The position numbers and the translations under genes are program-made. Under the pieces are notes generated by a model. That model ran no database searches, was not told where the DNA came from, and saw only the letters and a program-made list of their open reading frames with translations. A stretch of DNA of 62,911 nt, the filler included, from Globobulimina sp. (Eukaryota), in NCBI GenBank assembly GCA_003354225.1. It is 32 parts of 32 records of this genome, joined end to end, with 100 filler letters (N's around TTAATTAATTAA, not from the genome) between each part and the next. Parts side by side here need not be neighbours in the genome. Positions count along the whole stretch, not along the records: positions 59,076 to 60,943 come from PIVH01011079.1; positions 61,044 to 62,911 come from PIVH01011080.1; 30 more parts are not named here. One strand, written 5' to 3'. Numbering within the stretch: position 1 is the first letter of the stretch; each line of letters opens with the position of its first letter. Shown piece by piece: positions 59,076 to 62,911 of the stretch.

Positions 59076-60943
59076 AATCCAGTAGGGAAACAGAGCTACT
59101 TCTAAGGAGAGGCGGGTAATTAGATATGCAATCAATAATATAAACACCCCTTTTATGTAATAATTGCGTTGGAAACGAGACAATATATTCTTTAATCGAA
59201 TACTGATTCTTATCAAATGTTGGTATCGAATATGCATATTTTGACTGGCAGCCATCTAAATTCATTCCGATGTCAAATTCTCTTAATTTGTCCCTGTAAT
59301 ATGATAACGTGTTCATTTCAAATATTTGAACATAAATAGAATGCGCACCACATAAATTTTTCACATTCAAATATAAATTTATTTCATCATCAGCCATTGC
59401 AAATATTTTCTTTGTTTTCGCGGTATCAAAATCAAAAATTATCTCATTTTCTAGATTATAAATTATGTCATTGGAACAATATTTAGTTTTATGCAATTCT
59501 GGATTTTCAAGCATTTGCCGAAGCTCATCCATATACTCTGTGCTTTTGTTATTATGTTTGCCAGTCCATAGCAACACTTTTAATCTTAATATTTTTAAAT
59601 ATCTCTCGTCCACAAACTCAGTGAAACACTTTCTATCAACACTGTCGTTTTCAGTGTAATGTATTAAATATTTATCAACGAGCTCATAATCTATGTTATG
59701 ATTGTAAATCATTCGCCATTTCCCAGATAATAATTCGATGCGTCCTTTGCAATCATATTCATTTATGCCGCCATCTGAAAATATGTCGAATGCGTTTCTG
59801 GAGACATTTGGGTTGTTTTCTTTGTCCATTACATAATGCCGAATGTCTGTGTTATATTCGGCGTTTTTGGCAATTTTTAAATACTCGACAAATATTTCCA
59901 AATCAAATTCTCTCTGTCAGTGATTCAAAAAAAACGTGAGTAGATTTAAAATAATGATGACAGAAATATTAAACATACACAATGCTGTTGCTTAAATAAC
60001 AAATAATTCGCCAAAATATTTGCTTTTTTGAACGGTAATAATTGGCATTTTTCGTCAGTTAATATAAATTTGACGGCAATTTGAAAGCAAATTGTTGCCA
60101 AATCCAACGGTAAAAAATCCATAAAATTGGTGCCATGATATCTGCCAAAATAAAATGATATTTGTGACGGGAATGACTTTTCCTGTTTTATTTTAAATTT
60201 TTGTTTTTCTCAATTTACAATGATTAAAATAGTACAAACCAAATATAATAATAAAAATTGCTCATTTTCCCATAATTTTGGCAAATCATGCGCTAATTTC
60301 TTGAGTTGCTCCAAGGTGAAATTGCAATATTTACAAATATCTCCAAATCTTATTGATGAGGAACGTTTGAACCATAATATACATAAATCCGTTCGGTTGG
60401 ATATTGATATGATATCATTATTATACTTAAATAAATCGCCGATAATATTTGCCTTATTTTCATAATTCTGTTCCATTAATAATGGCAAACACGATGCAGT
60501 AAAATGATTATTTATATCATTTATATTGTTACATTTTGTAAATACAGATTTGAATTCTTTGTTTAAATCAAAGTCATTTTCTGAAAATATATTTGATACT
60601 TTTTCATCATTCCCATCCATGCAAATCTCACTTAAACTTGCTTTTGAGTCTTCAAATTTTACTCCAATTTTATTGATTAATATGTCAAACATATCTCCTT
60701 TATCATTCTCATTATTTTCCGTTTCATGCAATTCAATAAATGGCGCTAAAAACAGCTCTCTTAATTTGTGCCGAAAAGACATGGCCCGAACCCTCTCACC
60801 ATTTGATTTCTCGCTCTTTTTCTTTTCATATTTTGTGAGAACATCATTTGCCTCATTCAATAATGATTTTATTTTATCCCTATCATTTTTCGACAACGCA
60901 TCCAAATCATTATTATGCATTAATATGTAAGTTATTTTATTTT
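59076..60943 (-). CDS. Fragment of a very large protein with a macroglobulin(MG2)-like region; multi-exon
   Basis: LNVKN...VQIFEMNTLSYYR...DIGMNLDG...RGVYIIDCISN recalls large uncharacterised proteins of Planctomycetes and ciliates (recalled, not searched). Confidence 0.55.
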
Positions 60944-61528
60944 NNNNNNNNNNNNNNNNNNNNNNNNNNNNNNNNNNNNNNNNNNNNTTAATTAATTAAN
61001 NNNNNNNNNNNNNNNNNNNNNNNNNNNNNNNNNNNNNNNNNNNTTGTAATGTTTATTTGTTTTTTGTTTTTTGTAATATCTGTTTATCTAAGTCATCTAA
61101 CTCATTCTTGTGTGTGTTGTTAAGATTATGTAATATAAAAAAAATGAAAATACTTATCGAACAGATTGCATTTTTGAGAAACGTTTGATAAGTTTTTGAA
61201 AAAATCAGTACTTATCGGAAAGCCCTAATGGGTAAAATTTAGAACAATGTTACATGAAATACGACGAAATACAAAAAATAAAACACCTAGAATTGATTTA
61301 GTAACACCTGCAAAAAAAAAGAAGAAATTTTACACAACAAAACAAAACAAACAACAAAAAACTTTTATCAATTAATTTTCCTTTTGTTTCTATATACAGA
61401 TAAAAGACAGAACAATATCGACAGACTCTTTTTGACGTTAAAAATACAAAAAAAAACAAAGAAAGCACTAAATTAGAAACAAAACAAAATAAAATCAATA
61501 TTTACAGTTAAAACTGAAATGCATTAAA

Positions 61529-62911
61529 TCAATATTCATCGTCATACTCATCCTCGTCCTGGTCGTCCTCAACATATTTTTGTTTCTGCTTTTTCCTGCT
61601 TTTCTTGCTTTTCCTCGTCGAGCCTCCGGTGGTGCCGCCCCCACCGACATCGCCTTCCTCCTCCACCACGTTGTTGGCATTCACACTGCGCTGCGACTGC
61701 TGCTTCTTAATCTTGTTCTTGTTCTGCGACAACTTGGTCACTCCCGATTGGTGCTTGCTGTTATGTCCCTTGTTGGCGGTGGTCACATAGCACCCAATCG
61801 TCTCAAACAAGCGTCCCACCGAGCCGTAAAAGGCCATAATCTGCGTTCCCTGCGGCGTGCACAACGTCGTCGAGCTTTGCCCCAAATCCGAGCCAAATAA
61901 TCGATTCCTTTTATCCGTCTCAAACAAAACGCCGCACACAAAATGCTGAAAGTACACCGTCACACTCACCAAAATCTCATTCTTTTGGAACACCATTTCG
62001 TCCTCAATATACTGGCCCTGCCGCACCATATTCCGCGCCCCCTTCAACTTCTCCTTGTTGCTGCACTGGTAAATCACCTGCAAACCGTTGAAAAACTGCG
62101 ACTGCGGATCGTACCAACATTTGATGCTAAAAATCTTGCAGCCGAGCCCCGCCGCGCGCAAATAATCCAAATCGTTGAATTCCTTACTCCCAAAGTTCTT
62201 AAAGCCCGCCCGCTTCAACAATTTGTACAAGCAATAATCGTCAAACGGCTGCACATTGTCCGGGTCGCGGATGGCCATCTCGATCAATTTGCCCTTGCGC
62301 CCAATCAAAGACTTGAAGTCGATGTCGCGGATCGCCTTCGGATTAAATCGGAACTGCTTCCACGCCGCGTCAATCTCGGCCCGCTGCAGCCCTTTGTTTT
62401 GCAAATAATTATTGATCTCCGTCTTGGTGTTGTTGTACTTCGTCGCGTACTTAATCACCATGGCCGCGCGCGTCACATACTGCCGCCGGTTGGCCGCGAC
62501 GCGCGGCATCGCACTCAATATCTTCTGCGCATACTCCGACGATTGCGAGCCCAGAAAGTCCGTGAATTTCAAGTACTGAATGAACGCCTTATAAGTAATG
62601 AACTGCGCGTCTTGTTTGCCGCTGTCGTCGTTTACGATTTGCCGGAACACCGCGTCCATATCGTCGTCGTTCAGCTCCACCTGCAAGGCATGCAAGCCAT
62701 GCTTAAACGAGCCGCGATCCAACAAACCGGTATGGTGAATGTCCAAAATGTTAAACAACTCATCCAAAGCCCAAAACTGTTCACCGAACTGCTTCTCTTC
62801 TTCGGTCAACACGAAATCCGCGTCGTCGGCGCCATAGCCCGCGGCCGCGCCGTCCGCGTCGCCGTAACCACCGTCAATCTCCACGTCGTACTCATCGTCG
62901 ATCTGTTTCAC
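61529..62911 (-). CDS. EF-hand + Pex14N-like + jacalin-like lectin protein (5'-partial)
   Basis: EF pair (LFNILDIHHTGLLD...; VFRQI..DDSG..ITYKAF), NYLQNKGLQRAEIDAA and a jacalin-type GLQVIY...EILVSV..V..VLFET..IMAFYGS..IGCY. Confidence 0.75.
   Translation of the reverse strand: MKQIDDEYDVEIDGGYGDADGAAAGYGADDADFVLTEEEKQFGEQFWALDELFNILDIHHTGLLDRGSFKHGLHALQVELNDDDMDAVFRQIVNDDSGKQDAQFITYKAFIQYLKFTDFLGSQSSEYAQKILSAMPRVAANRRQYVTRAAMVIKYATKYNNTKTEINNYLQNKGLQRAEIDAAWKQFRFNPKAIRDIDFKSLIGRKGKLIEMAIRDPDNVQPFDDYCLYKLLKRAGFKNFGSKEFNDLDYLRAAGLGCKIFSIKCWYDPQSQFFNGLQVIYQCSNKEKLKGARNMVRQGQYIEDEMVFQKNEILVSVTVYFQHFVCGVLFETDKRNRLFGSDLGQSSTTLCTPQGTQIMAFYGSVGRLFETIGCYVTTANKGHNSKHQSGVTKLSQNKNKIKKQQSQRSVNANNVVEEEGDVGGGGTTGGSTRKSKKSRKKQKQKYVEDDQDEDEYDDEY

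Overview
This window is not one genomic locus. It joins 32 unrelated contigs of about 1,868-1,870 bp, apparently sorted by length, with ~100-bp N-TTAATTAATTAA-N spacers (stops in all six frames), so synteny across spacers means nothing. Most contigs look like an AT-rich protist nuclear genome with short GT-AG introns (mostly 55-230 nt, often GTTA donors). The gene families present (expanded divergent kinases, RelA/SpoT-like domains, 7TM proteins, PT-rich surface proteins) suggest a foraminiferan or other rhizarian; that assignment is inference. Recognisable genes: beta-tubulin, cyclin H, Kish, NADP-GDH, a TUTase/non-canonical PAP, an RBR E3 ligase, a deoxynucleoside kinase, a lipase maturation factor, a purple acid phosphatase, a fused YeeE/YedE transporter, a PqiA-like protein, a TH1-AGC kinase and a SAM-TRP-like channel. 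Mobile DNA includes a degenerate RNase H-bearing non-LTR retrotransposon, a gag-like ORF, a hAT remnant and several MITE-like or foldback elements. Two contigs join bacterial DNA (uvrC; a deltaproteobacterial-type porin plus an SDR fragment) to eukaryotic genes and are most likely amplification or assembly chimeras with associated bacteria. The most unusual item is contig 1, a terminally redundant (circular or tandem) 1,751-bp unit with a long diverged foldback and three tandem-repeat arrays but no recognisable gene.
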